64,000 nucleotides of DNA, from positions 86,800,001-86,864,000 of the forward strand of contig OZ260664.1 in the NCBI GenBank assembly GCA_965285935.1, read 5' to 3'. The notes under the pieces are model-generated. The model was not told the DNA's origin. It did no database searches and saw only the letters and a list, made by a program, of their open reading frames with translations. The stretch is from Ophelia neglecta (lineage: Eukaryota). The position numbers and the translations under genes were made by a program. Below, one piece after another: positions 13,501 through 25,649 of this stretch; within the stretch, counting starts at the first letter, position 1; each line of letters begins with the position of its first letter.

Positions 13501-16500
13501 ATTCTATGTAGGTCTCTGGTCCGTATACTTGTATTAATTAGAGCAACTCCGCACTGAATCTTGTTTGTACGACTGAAAAACTTCCCCTGGGCCTACTCAT
13601 TACCTGGGGGATTCTAACACAGCGGGTTTTGTTATTTTAGGAGTTTTACCTTTAAAGTTAGTACAGCACTCGGCCTGTTCAGCTTTTTCCATCTTCAATA
13701 TCCCATTGCCCACGGTAACTTTCGGTATATTAATGATATTTTATATTGGAAATTTTATATTTATTTTAGACAGAAATGTTGAGAATTCACACAGGGTTGC
13801 TGAATCAACAAGATACTACATCAAATTTCGAAGCATTGCCCCTTCTTCAAGTCCGACTGCGTACAATGGCGTACAATATAACACCCTGTTTATATAGTTA
13901 CCATGTTACCAGCCGAAGGCTGTAAGTACACGCTATATATCTTAGCTGCAGATTTATAACTCAACCGGCCCACGTTAGCTATTGTATATTCTCGATACTT
14001 CTTACTATGATAAAAAGATAAAGGTGACCGGAGGTGCGGAGGCTATGTGGAGGTAATTGGTATTTCTGAGTGTAAAATATCGTCAGCAAAGCTACGGCTA
14101 GGACTTGAGGTTAATTTTAGGTTTTGGGAAAGGGTCATTTAGGGGCGGGTTTTGTAGGTTAAATTTGTTCGGCCTAAAGTCGGTAATTATCTCTGCAAGG
14201 CTCCGCTATTAAACAAAACCTTTCAAATCGATAAGTGCAACAATAGTAGCTTTATATAAATCAATGTTAGGCTTAAACTTGTGAAATATCGTGGGTTAAT
14301 GCATCTGTGGTCGTTATTGTCTTTTTATCAGAACTCGAGGAAATATATTTTACCTCCGCTACATTTGCACATATGTATTTATATATAATGGCCATCAAAG
14401 CGTACCGTCAAACTATAATAACACCCCGATATTTACATTGGACATCGATGTTGATCGTCTGACTCTGAGGTTGTAAACCAACTCCGTTATTTCCCGAGCA
14501 TGTCATTTGACCACTTCCGGACTTCCTGATAGTTGTGTTTGTGGTTTTCCATTCCAAAATGGCGGACGAGTCCTGATAACAATCCGTCGTGGGGCTGACA
14601 GATCCCCGGACCACCTGATAGACGGTCTCAATCCAAGGACCTGTCATGCTGACAGACGGCGCTGGGAGACCCTTGAACCCACATCTCACCTTCCAACTAT
14701 CGTCAGTGTTTAAAGCTACAACATGGCTTGAGATTGTGGTGCTTGGTATCGTCGGCGCTTATGGAGAAAAAAGGGAAAGAATATCGCATTAACTTTCGTT
14801 AATCCATAACAGGTTTATCAATGCACATCAGATTATGAACTCAATCTTACCTGATAAGACGAGGGTCACAGTAGCCGGTTGTCCCTGTCCTTCACTGTTA
14901 CCAGGAGTACAGTAATACTTATCTATGCACAGATCTTGTACAGACACCTTGATAGTCGCCCCGCTGTCAGTCCAGCCGCCTTTGGTCCTGGTCCAGGTAA
15001 AGGTCGGTAGAGGGTTACCCGGCCACGGGCTGTTAGCCTGGCAGGCTAGGGACACGTCTGTGTCTCCTAATACAACGGCAACACTGCTTGGAGTAGCTAC
15101 TGCTGGGTCGGGTTTGTCTACAATTGTAGATTCGACATTAGATTGTTACATTAGATTGCTGTTATCCTTTCTTTAGACTATACATCTTATACAAAATGCA
15201 TTAAGACAATCAACAACATTCGTAGTATTCCTATTTAATGCGCATCTTTATAAGGTCGACATCTTACGCTACCCGAGGTTCTGTGAAAGCCTTCCAAGTT
15301 ATCTATTTCATTAAGATAAGATAAGATCAACTTTATTCAAACTGTGTACAGGTTGGTAAAAATAACATAAAAAAAGATATGTGAGAGATACAATGTGAAA
15401 CTTTAAATATGTATACGACGCAATGATAAATGAGATAAAAAGAATTTATAAACCACCGTTTCAATAGATAATATAACCTGTATAAAACAGAGTAAGGGAA
15501 GAATTATTATTCATATCATACACAACATGCTCAAGGTGCAGTAGGAACAAGCACAGATTCAACCCGTCCAGATTTTCAATACATGCATTAAGGTGTGGAA
15601 GTATTCATAGAATGGGGTAGCGAGTCTTATGACCTGTTCAAAGAATCATCAAGACGAAAGGAGCACGGGACCGGTCGGTATTTGGTGTCATATAGAATGA
15701 TTAAGCCCCCGTATGATAAATGGTCGTGAAGTGCTTCTCTAATGGATGCATCGACTGATAAGGCCTAATAGGTGCATTAAGGGCATGGACTATAAGGGCC
15801 ATATCCATATATGGTAAATAACTTCATAGGATCAAAGATGATTGTACAGAGAATGGGTTCATGGAGCAGCGGTTAGGGTGCCCCGTTTTCCCTGCTGCCG
15901 ATTTGGAAATAGGCACTCCCCAAATCACGGACATAAAAAATCTGAATTTTTCATACCATAAGGAATGAAATATTTCGCGCATAACGATAAATCAAAAATG
16001 AATCCTTCCTCACAGGAAATTAAACAGAACCTTCCCAGTATAGAGTAAATGAAAATATTTGATTCTGAATTACGGACATATGTCGAATCCAGATTCACGA
16101 TAAAATAAAACATAAATTCATGGATCCCGATAATTCGAAAGGGCTGATTCTAAAGATCCGAATCCCCCTCCCCCTCCCGCTTAATGGACTGTTTCAAAGA
16201 CAGAAATACACGATGTACTGAATAACAGCCAGAAATGAGATACGGAAAATGAGCTTGGAATGGTGAAAAAATCATTTATATAGGGGATGGTGCAATAGAC
16301 ATGTTGGTGTGCACTTGTCAGAAATAACTAGTTTCTCTATACATGGTAATTTGCACTTAAGACACAAGCTAGTGCTTAGTGGTTTCTATGGTAATTATCT
16401 CAGATAAGTGAAAATATATGGGCAAAGATTGGAAAGTAAAGGTTAGAGTCTATTAAAAAATGTATTAACTGTAACAAAAATGAACAATTTAGGTAACTAA

Positions 16501-19500
16501 CCGTTAACCTATGGATCTGGGAAGGCATCTTTTCACTCTAGACCCGACTTGAGGCTTGACCTCAACCTCTTCCTCTATACTTAGTAAATACTGAATTTGT
16601 TATTTCAGCGAACATCTACTACCTTGCCTCTATCGATTAATATATGACATGAGCATATCATATCATTTTTATTGTAGTTATGTAACTTTATCCTACCCTG
16701 CCCCAAAATACTCTCCATATGTGTCTGTTTTGGGCCCCGGTGTGCTGTTTGAGATACCTTTTTAGAATGGCCGTGAAATAGTCAGTCCCTCATATATAAT
16801 ATGACATGATGCATCATTTTAACGGGCAACTCTTTAAAAGGAGAATAAAAAATCGCCATCCTCCCTATCTTGGGTGCATCGAAAGCCTATTTTCAGGCTT
16901 CTTTCTGGAGTTGGCTCCAGGGCCATCACCATTTTTTTCTAAATTTATTAAAAACATTTCATCTTAAATTACGCACATGCTCACATTATTTTATTCTTTA
17001 AAGTGGTACGATTAGTCAAAACAAGCTGCAGAAGACAGAGAAGCTTAAATGATAACAAATTCCCAAAGGTGTGCGCAACATTTTGACATCAAACTTTGAC
17101 TGTTAATTGCTTATATTTTTACCCAGGAAATGGCCTAATATCAATTTTTGGGATATAATGTCTATACAACTCGTATACACGAACCCCATTGAACCCTTTC
17201 CAGTGTCCTGTTCGTCATTGTCGCACACCCTAAAGAATTGAAGCGGTTTAATTGTATTTTCTGAGTACATACACAGAACGTCTGCAGTTAGTTTTGGGGA
17301 CTGTGCCGGTTGGGAGTGAGACGATCCAGGCTGATCAACCTCACAGTAGATCACCGTGCCGCTCTCCTGACGTGTTAATGTGAGGTCTAACACACGGGAG
17401 TATCCTCCGCTACCATCGTCCTGCTGGGGCAAGGTCGTGATGTTAGTGTCTGGGGTCTTGTACCACGTGATAACAGGACTAGGAGCGCCACCTTGCACAC
17501 GGCAGGTGAACGACGTCGATTGTCCATCCCTGACAGTCACCACGGCATCTGAGTTGTAGCTGTCAATGGACGGAGTAGAGGTTGCTCCTGAAATAAAAAC
17601 AATGTTCAATTAAGGTGGAGGCGTGGATTAACTCGATACGGTCAACGGTTAGCCTGATAAGTATAATGCAGAAGTACTACGAATAACGAAACATGAACAT
17701 GATTTAATTTCACTCTGTAATTGTCTATTTGAGAATGTGCGTATAGTGTTGAGGGCGGGGAGGGGTGGGGTGGAACGCATGACGGTATCCCAACAACGCA
17801 ATACATTGTCGATAGCCGAGCAGTTAAATGGTTCAGTGATAAACGTAAAAATCTGTCACCCCTTCAAAGACAGCAACTGATCATCGATATATTTTCTTCT
17901 CTTTGTTTACAAGAAAAAAATGAAAGCATGTAGACTCCCGCATTCGCAACGGCTCTCTGATCCATGCAGCGTTAATACTGGGGTAAGATTTTTCGATATA
18001 AAATTACAAGTTAGCAACCAATGTCAACTTATAATACACGAATCATCTGCTTTAAAAAGAAGAGTGAGTACTTTAAATCTAACTCTAGAGTCGACTGGAA
18101 GCCAGTGTAAGTCTTTCATTAAGGGATAGACCGACTGATCCCTGCCAGCACGAACAAGGAGCCTTGCTGCTCTATACAATACGGACAATACGGAGCTTGC
18201 TTATCACAGCTTGGGGCACATTGCAGAGCAGACCATTGCAGTAGTCAAGACGTGACACAACAAGACTCTGCACTAACTGTTGTGTGGCCTGCCTAGTAAG
18301 TCGGAGATAAACGAGAAACAACAAGGGCCGAAGGACGGATCCCTGTGGAACAGAACAAGACAGGCACCTCTTAGTAGACATGGCCTAACCAATCCGCTGG
18401 AAGCGACCAGTCAGGTAAGACTGGAACCATGCTAACGCAGTGCCATCTATGCCGAGCTCAGTCCGCATTCTATCCAACAGAATCATGTGGTCGATGGTGT
18501 TACTGCTCCCACTCATCAGTAAGGTCATATTCTGGATGTGGTGATTACCAGAGACAATGCAGACTTCATTAAACGAGTCAATGTTGGCTAGTATGAACAT
18601 GGACGATATTAATACGGATATTCTGGCTGCTTATAATGAACTTTATCTAAATGACTCTTCTGCAACAGCTTTGATTGAAAGCCATGACAGTGTCTTATAT
18701 GGCGTTCTGGATAAACATGCTCCGGCGAGGGCTAAGACTGTCACCATACGCCCGACACAACCCTATTTCTCTGACGAGCTACATACAGCGAAATGGGGCC
18801 GTCGTACAGCCCAGCGCTGCTGGGAGAGAACTGGCTTGACTGTACACAAACACACCTGTGGAAAAACTCACCAAAGACTATGATCGACAAGGCTTAAGGC
18901 GACATTTGACAAATCACGGTTCATAGTATTCTTTATTTGAGGGTGCCGTTGCTGACATATTAGTTTGGTTTTCGAATATTTTTTTTCCATTTACGTATAT
19001 TTTCTGTTTCCATCTACAGCATGGCTTCTGCCTCTTAAACATATATTTGGGGGTCTGCTATGTTGCTAAAATCATCGCAAATAATTACATTGTACCTTAC
19101 TTTCTCCTGGCAATTTAATTCCAGAAACATAATTTGAATCTTTTATTGGACAACAATTCACCTGCAGAAATGAAAAGCTAAGGAAAAAGGGGACATCCTT
19201 GTCGACTCCTCTTTCCAAAGTTATATTTATCAAAGCCGAGCTTTTGTAGTGTATTAACATTTAATATTGAACCCAAACTCGATCAGAAACCAAACAAGTT
19301 TAAAGATGCCACTATATATATTCCTTTCTTGCGGCGTCGTTCGCTTAAGTGTAATAATTGCTAGCAATAGACCGGTTTCCTCATTTCTACCAAGGTATTT
19401 AATAATATCATGAATGCTAAAGTTTGGAACTAGTGCACGTCTAGTCCAGCGTCACCTTTTCTGTAGCACGTCGATGTTCGTATGAAATACATGTATATAT

Positions 19501-22500
19501 ATGTTCTGTTCTTCTATGCTTAAACTGATGGAGACAGGCCGTGTTCATCAGGAATATGGAATACATCATCTGTAATATTTATATGTAATTAGCAGTTGTT
19601 TCCGGACTCTAATATCCAGTTTATATTGGTAATTCGATACAGTGGCTAATGAATTACCCACAATTGAGATCTGGTTGTCACCAGAACTACGATTATCTGT
19701 TCGCTTTATCTGCGGAGTGGTCTGTCTATGCGACTGTTAAGGTGGCAGGAACCCCCTGTTAGTAATTTCTTACATAAATTGGATTTTTGCAAAGGTGACA
19801 ATTAATATTACATGTTTCCTGCATTTAACATGTTCCATACATTACCGTGAACAAATTCCATATCCAGAAATGTGAAAAAAAATCAAAATGTGAACTTTGT
19901 GAGCGATTTTTCATTAAAAAGTTACTAAAATTTTCAAAAGCTCTCACAAAGTATATATTTATGGTACAACAATGACAACTATATAGTCGTGTTCACAAGA
20001 GTCAAATCTAGTATCGGGATGTTTTAGTTTTTACATTTTCATCATAAATTCCGAGTATTAGATGTTTTTATTCATGATTATGTTTTAGAGATAGATTTTA
20101 TCACATACTCAACTTTGGCCAACTGTTAAAATCGTTAGAAACCGAATATTAAAAATTTGAAAATCCCGATACTAGATTAGGCCTTTGTTGTTTGAATGCC
20201 GTTTAGTTTACAGATTTCAATTATCTCTTTCCGTTATGGAGTAATCGCTGTTAAAAAATAGTGTGGCTTCACTAATTAGTCGAAATTATAGTTCGTGAGA
20301 AATCGACTTCAAAGGGTCAATTGGTGAGTATATCGCACGTAGCAACTCGTACACCAACGGTAATTGCATTAAACTTCGGGGATAGGAAGAATGCAATTGT
20401 TGGGAACTGATACCAAGATGTCATCAATTTTATTGGATTGGAAGTCATCCTTTTTTGAAGTTTTTAAGGGAGTTTTTAAGTTTTTTTTGCAATGTCATCC
20501 GTAGGCAGCCATGCGGTATCCGACTCTTGGCCTGGTGACGTCACACGTGGGCGGAGACTACCAGGTCAAGCGTCGCGATTGGCCCTAGTCAGCCAGCCCG
20601 TCGAGCATCACTGATTAGCAGTCTGCGAGTGCTTGTTGTTCCCTATAAATATGTTGACAGATCGTTTCCTATCACATTTGACAACTATTTACCTCGGATT
20701 ATTGCCACTCACGGATAGAAATTTATTTCGATTACAATATTCTGCTGAAGTTTTACCGCTGCACGTCATGGGGAGAGGGAAGAGACCTCGTGAAGAGTGG
20801 GACCCCCTCCGCCGGGAGTCGGTGAAAGCCAAACGTCCTGTGTATGGATGTGGCTTGTTGGAAGATGAGGTATGTGAACACTACTCAGCTAGTAATGTCG
20901 TAAAAAATAGCGCCTAATGAAATCCTCCCAATTACTCATGTGCTATAACTTTGACACATTTGACGGTGATAGCAATTTCTAATTGATTTTATAATGTTTC
21001 CAGCAAGCAACCAGGAGTGTTTGTTTTTATGACAACGTAAATGGGCTGGTGTTGTCGTACTACGGCGTGTGTATAATGGCTGCCTAAACAAACATCGATA
21101 TTTTCGGAGCGATGTATATGGGATGGAAAGCACATTGCTATACCTCTGATTGGACAAATAAGTGTAAGCATAGCGGACTCTAATACAAAAAATTATGCCT
21201 GTATTTGTTAATAAAAATCCACTTCGATATTGTATTGCAATGCTATCCATATCAGTAACGTTATATTCAAAGAACCTAATCAAGCGTCTAGTAGTAGGCC
21301 TACATTTTTGTGTATTTTATGCAATAGTTGTTTTATAGGCCAATGTGTTATTTCTTACATGCTGTTTTCATTGTAGATTGAGATTCAAGGTAACAGATCT
21401 GGAGATGCAGAGTCCCTAGATGTACCTCACACACCTACCAGCACAGCCAGGGCCAAGCTAGAGAGCCACTCAACTACAGAGGACAACGGGGAGAAGGAAG
21501 ACATCTCTGCACCTGAGGGCTACAGACTGTGGGATTCTGAGATCCTCCAGTCAGGGATAACTGCTGCTGCAGTTTGTTCTACGTGCTGCCAAGGGAGCCT
21601 GCAGCTTGTAGAAGACCATACAGCCAGACATGGATTGTCATCAAAGATATCACACCCACTGCACTCAGCTGGACAGTCTCAAAGGGGAGGGGCTAATTGC
21701 CATTATCTAATTAGTATGCATGGTCAGTTGGTCATGTGACCTTCTGCTATGTTTGTAAACATANNNNNNNNNNNNNNNNNNNNNNNNNNNNNNNNNNNNN
21801 NNNNNNNNNNNNNNNNNNNNNNNNNNNNNNNNNNNNNNNNNNNNNNNNNNNNNNNNNNNNNNNNNNNNNNNNNNNNNNNNNNNNNNNNNNNNNNNNNNNN
21901 NNNNNNNNNNNNNNNNNNNNNNNNNNNNNNNNNNGCGTTAACCCATTTTTCATATCATGGTCAAAATGCCATATTTGTTATTTGACTTACTCATAACTCG
22001 TGTTTCCATCGATTGGAACCCTCACTAAAGCAAAATTACAAGTGCTTACACGACTTAATTATGTGCCAGTTCTTAACAATTGCCTATTTATACATGGTAC
22101 TAACGTACGTACTTACTATATTCCCTGATTGTGAGTGATTCTTGGGGACTAGTGTTAGGTCCCACACACACCCACTCCCTGACGTCCTGTGGTTCTATGT
22201 CCACCTCAAGTATCCCTGTGATCCACGTCCCGTTACCACCACAACCCCCGTCTCGGTATCTGGGATCAGTCTCACACGGGGTGGCCATAAACGTGAAGTA
22301 CGACGGTTCGGTATAATAACACAGGGAACAGGGCTGTGATTCCACCTCTGTATTCCATTGAGCGGTCCCAATTTGTCCGGTAAAGGGCATGGAGCAGGTA
22401 AGATTGATTGTGTCTCCCACAGAAACATAATAGTCTGTACTCCATACTACTCCATCTGGGCTTGCTGAATATTGATAAATCATCAAAAGCATGCTATAAC

Positions 22501-22665
22501 ATTACAGTGTAAACAAAGGCTAATTGCCAAATATATACTATTGGCCAGAAATGTTGAAACATGAATATATGATTATATCTTACCTGTACATATACCTAAC
22601 AGGTATATCAAGCACACCACCACCCTTGTCATTATAATCGTATAAAAAGAATTCCCATTAAACAT
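1436..22665 (-). CDS. Gene 1: multi-exon IgSF type I membrane receptor (SP, 11 Ig, FN3, FN3-like, TM, Tyr-motif tail; about 1456 aa; nephrin/hemicentin/CD22-like)
   Basis: Exons joined in frame with matching phases: 22584-22665, 22117-22464, 17273-17587, 14851-15117, 14437-14757, 12938-13210, 11806-12129, 11372-11653, 10887-11216, 10505-10792, 9917-10279, 8076-8678, 7578-7940, 6822-6923, 1734-1837, 1436-1441. Sum 4371 nt. All extracellular introns are phase 1. Confidence 0.88.
1483..1542. repeat. (TA)n microsatellite
   Basis: About 30 TA units. Confidence 0.95.
1734..1837 (-). CDS. Gene 1 cytoplasmic exon with Tyr motifs (TYDNI, LYENT)
   Basis: [35 protein letters not shown]; phase 1 acceptor, GTATGT donor phase 0. 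Confidence 0.7.
2981..6620 (-). mobile_element. L2/CR1-group LINE, long degenerate copy in the gene 1 intron after the TM exon
   Basis: APE endonuclease ([21 protein letters not shown]) at 4870-6098; RT ([34 protein letters not shown]) at 3535-4780; LHWLPV C-terminus; (TAA)n tail at 2981-3000; frameshifted; 5' boundary approximate. Confidence 0.9.
6822..6923 (-). CDS. Gene 1 exon 14, transmembrane helix and basic stop-transfer
   Basis: [34 protein letters not shown]; TTTTACAG acceptor, GTAAGT donor, 102 nt. Confidence 0.9.
7578..7940 (-). CDS. Gene 1 exon 13, degenerate FN3-like membrane-proximal domain with RRRR motif
   Basis: [20 protein letters not shown]; 363 nt phase 1-1, donor A|GTCAGT. 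Confidence 0.8.
8076..8678 (-). CDS. Gene 1 exon 12, Ig domain plus fibronectin type III domain
   Basis: [14 protein letters not shown] then [26 protein letters not shown]; 603 nt phase 1-1. Confidence 0.92.
9917..10279 (-). CDS. Gene 1 exon 11, Ig domain (followed by a GC-AG intron)
   Basis: [18 protein letters not shown]; 363 nt; the phase-compatible donor is T|GCAAGT. Confidence 0.85.
10505..10792 (-). CDS. Gene 1 exon 10, Ig domain (short GNP type)
   Basis: [21 protein letters not shown]; 288 nt phase 1-1. Confidence 0.85.
10887..11216 (-). CDS. Gene 1 exon 9, Ig domain (long type)
   Basis: [28 protein letters not shown]; 330 nt phase 1-1. Confidence 0.9.
11372..11653 (-). CDS. Gene 1 exon 8, Ig domain (short GNP type)
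   Basis: [26 protein letters not shown]; 282 nt phase 1-1. Confidence 0.9.
11806..12129 (-). CDS. Gene 1 exon 7, Ig domain (long type)
   Basis: [23 protein letters not shown]; 324 nt phase 1-1. Confidence 0.9.
12938..13210 (-). CDS. Gene 1 exon 6, Ig domain (short GNP type)
   Basis: [22 protein letters not shown]; 273 nt phase 1-1. Confidence 0.9.
14437..14757 (-). CDS. Gene 1 exon 5, Ig domain (long type)
   Basis: [23 protein letters not shown]; 321 nt phase 1-1. Confidence 0.9.
14851..15117 (-). CDS. Gene 1 exon 4, Ig domain (short GNP type)
   Basis: [23 protein letters not shown]; 267 nt phase 1-1. Confidence 0.9.
17273..17587 (-). CDS. Gene 1 exon 3, C2-set Ig domain
   Basis: [23 protein letters not shown]; 315 nt phase 1-1, canonical splice sites. 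Confidence 0.9.
18040..18900. mobile_element. Rearranged L2-type LINE remnant (RT part on -, upstream part inverted on +)
   Basis: Minus 18040-18500: [32 protein letters not shown]. Plus 18505-18900: [23 protein letters not shown]. Confidence 0.75.
19741..21660 (+). mobile_element. Kolobok-like DNA transposon, 5' portion with intron-containing transposase start
   Basis: Begins TTAA|GG (19737-19742); MGRGKRPR.. exon with GAG|GTATGT donor; later [25 protein letters not shown] zinc-ribbon pattern; 3' end not seen. Confidence 0.55.
21764..21934. other. Assembly gap (N run)
   Basis: 171 N. Confidence 1.
22117..22464 (-). CDS. Gene 1 exon 2, N-terminal V-like Ig domain with extra cysteines
   Basis: [19 protein letters not shown]; TTCAG acceptor, GTAAGT donor, 348 nt phase 1-1. 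Confidence 0.85.
22584..22665 (-). CDS. Gene 1 exon 1, signal peptide ([27 protein letters not shown])
   Basis: ATG at 22665 (alternative ATG at 22632), hydrophobic core, donor G|GTAAG phase 1. Confidence 0.75.
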
Positions 22666-22879
22666 ACGCTTGCTTCACCGATGTATGTCATCTGTACATC
22701 GACTTGCAAATGTTTGATTTCATAAGTGTGTTTAATGTTGCGCTTGTAAAGTAAGCGTCACAAGTGCATGGAGATGTTTTATGAAACTAACTGTCTTATG
22801 GTTTATAAGCCCTCCGTTCAATACCTGTTGTCCCTGTTTTAATGACCCAGGCAGTGACTTACTTTTTCCTCGTGGTGAA

Positions 22880-23900
22880 GAGGGGGTGGTAGTGGTGGTG
22901 GTGGTGATGGTGGGTGGGGGGGGGGGAGGGGGGAGGGGGTTTCTGGGAGAGGATGAACCGGCCACCAACAGTGGACGACTTTCATGATCAAAGTGCCAGA
23001 ATTGAAGAGGGGGGGGGGGGCATTAGAGGAAGGTGTTTGTCACCAGGGGGATAGAGGGGGCTAGGGTCAGGCTGGAGGGTTAGAGCCAGCGGGGGGGGGG
23101 GGGGGGGGTTCAGCTCGGGCTTGATGAGGAAGTAGGCGACTCTCCATAAATAATTATATATACATGCATTGAAAATCTATGCAGTCGGACGAGTGCAATT
23201 TCAATTTGGCATGGAATAAAACAACTGAGCGGCCTCAACAATATTATGAAAAGGTTACACCCTGCCATCCTGGAACGACCCCGTGTTGAGATGGTGTGTG
23301 CTGCGTGGTAATTTTTATTTTTATTTTATGAGCTGGGAGGTGCGGGGGGGGGGGGGATTAGAGTCACTCGAATAGTGGTGATAGGGAGGCTGACTGTCAG
23401 AGAAAGGAGAATCAGCTGTAGGAAGGAAAAGGAGTCGGATGAGGTGGAGTATATGACATGACAGTCGTCTAGGGGGGGGGAGTGGGGCTGAAGGTAGGCT
23501 TAAGAACAGGGGCTGAGTGTAAGTTCGGGGGGGGGGGGTGAGAAGAGGGGGAGGTTGAAATACGGAAACAGGTAGGTGGGGGAAGGGGGGGGGGTATCGA
23601 AGGGGTGAGAGTCCAATGGCTGGAATTGGGGTGGGTAAGTGGAGTAACAGGGAGGGCCATGGGGGCTGGTGAAATACATCAGGGGAGATTGGGGGTGGGG
23701 GGGGGGGGTCGCATGGGCAGAGTAGAGGGGCTGAGAGTCATGAGTCAGGTGGGGAGCAATGAGGGAGATGAGAAGTGGGGGGAGAGTCAGCTGGGTGAGA
23801 ATAGGTGGGGGGGGGGGGGTTGTAGTGAATGATGAGAGTAAGCTGGGAAAAATGTTTGGGAAGATGGGAAGATTTGAAGAGGGAACAAAATATGTGGGGA
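22880..23900 (+). repeat. G-rich low-complexity tract
   Basis: Many G5-G16 runs; Pro-rich ORFs on the - strand are compositional artefacts. Confidence 0.8.
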
Positions 23901-24119
23901 AAATAATCAAACGATAGCACGGAGAGGTTGAAAATTATGGTGGGGCCAACTGTAGACTTTCATTTGGTTCACTTGAGAATTTTGCGGTATGGAAATCCAA
24001 TGCTTTGTTTTTCAGTAAACGAAATCACACTTTTATTATTATTATTTTATTATTATAACACCTGGTCATTCGTACTATATTGCAAATTAATAAATACCAA
24101 CGTTCAATAGGCGTTTAAG

Positions 24120-25345
24120 AGATGAAAACAAAAACTTCCATGTAGAAACCTGGATGCTTCAAATTGGAGCAATTGTCAAAGAAGTTAAAATTCGGGCCAT
24201 TTGAATTAAAGAAAAAAACACACAAGCATAATACAGAACTACAGGGCAAGATATCGGCAGCCAAGAAACACATTGAACGGAAAGAATACATGAAAGCACA
24301 GGAGGAACTAGCCGAAAGTATTGACATAATCGAAAAACGTAACAAGCTTATTAAGCTAGCAGACCAATCCGAGTTCGGTTGGGCCGTCGTAGACCAATAT
24401 GATGGCAAGCCGTTAGCAAGTGTTAGCGATGACGACAAAAAGATCAGGAAGTCCGAGGAAATGGCTAGGAAATGGAGCGCGAGGAGCCAGAGAGGGCGCA
24501 GCAGGGGCTTCAGAAGAAACAGCCCCGCCACCAGCCAGTGAAAAAGCGGGCCTCCTCACACTAATTCTGATAGTGTTCGTCCGCGGGTTTTCATCGACCA
24601 ACAGCCCCCTTTCTACGCAAACCCTAACAGCCAAGGTACCCAAAAGAATCCGATTTGTGTTTTTTCTGTGGGTTCAGAGGTCACTGGATACGCAGTTGCC
24701 CCCAAAAAGCCGAACAGAACGCCAAATAAGGAACTTGAAAAGACTTGTTCAAGCAGGGACCTTGGGAAGAATTAGAGAAAGTCCAGGACGCCAAACTAAA
24801 ATAGTTAGTCGCTAAGTTACCAGCCACTGTCTTAGCCAGCAAAGCCCCAGGCACAGGAAAGACATGCTTATTTATCATGTCCCTTATACAATCTGGTAAA
24901 TCTGCCACAGAATTAACTAGTCATTTCTACGCAATTTCTTGAGCACATAAGCTCGCCGGGAGAGGAGACCCGACAAATCTTAGTTTACAGCAAAGCAACG
25001 ACCAAGAAAGATCCAATCACTCCTCATATTCTATCTCACCAGGTCGATACGCTTGCGGCGGAAGATGCTCCATTAGACCGTCATCATGTGTATACTTTCA
25101 TATCCGGCATATGAAAGTATACACATGATGATGAAGTTTGAAAAATCAGGAGATGTGATATAAAGTGTTACGACAGTTACATGAAAATTTTCATAGAGTC
25201 TGCAAAAAGAAAAACGACGTGTACAGAGAGGGCAATCGTGTAGTTATCGCTAAAACAGTCACGAAAAACTGTCCTGTACAGCTTGGGAACAGGTATCTTG
25301 AGAGAACCGATATCAAGGACATTTCAGAAGACTATATTTTCAGAG
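24120..25345 (+). mobile_element. Internally deleted DIRS/Ngaro-like tyrosine-recombinase retroelement
   Basis: ORF1/gag-like RNKLIKLADQSEFGWAVVDQY..LASVSDDDKKIRK plus a CCHC-like knuckle (CGFRGHWIRSC); YR remnants KKDPITP and KNDVYREGNRVVIAKT..CPV; RT absent. Confidence 0.7.
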
Positions 25346-25649
25346 CATTAACTCTCTAAAAAGTTTCTAAGGGTTCCCAATTTCATATACCAGAGCCAGA
25401 TAAATGATGCTAAAATGTCTAAAGGAATTAGGTTTAGAAGCAATAAAGTCAAATTTAGATGTGTCGATAGCTTTCGGGTTATAGTTAAGCAAACCAAAGA
25501 AAAGGTGAAAATGGTGGCATGACATTGCGGTAATTTATGACAATTTATATATATCTTTACGAGAACATTAAATAATATTGTACAAAAGACTAACGTCAAA
25601 GACCAATATCAAACAGTTTATTGTAGAAGTTTTCCAAACGAACAGAGGT

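Noticed and set aside
22732-23920. Pro-rich or Gly-rich ORFs
   Set aside because: Poly-G low-complexity sequence with no splice support.
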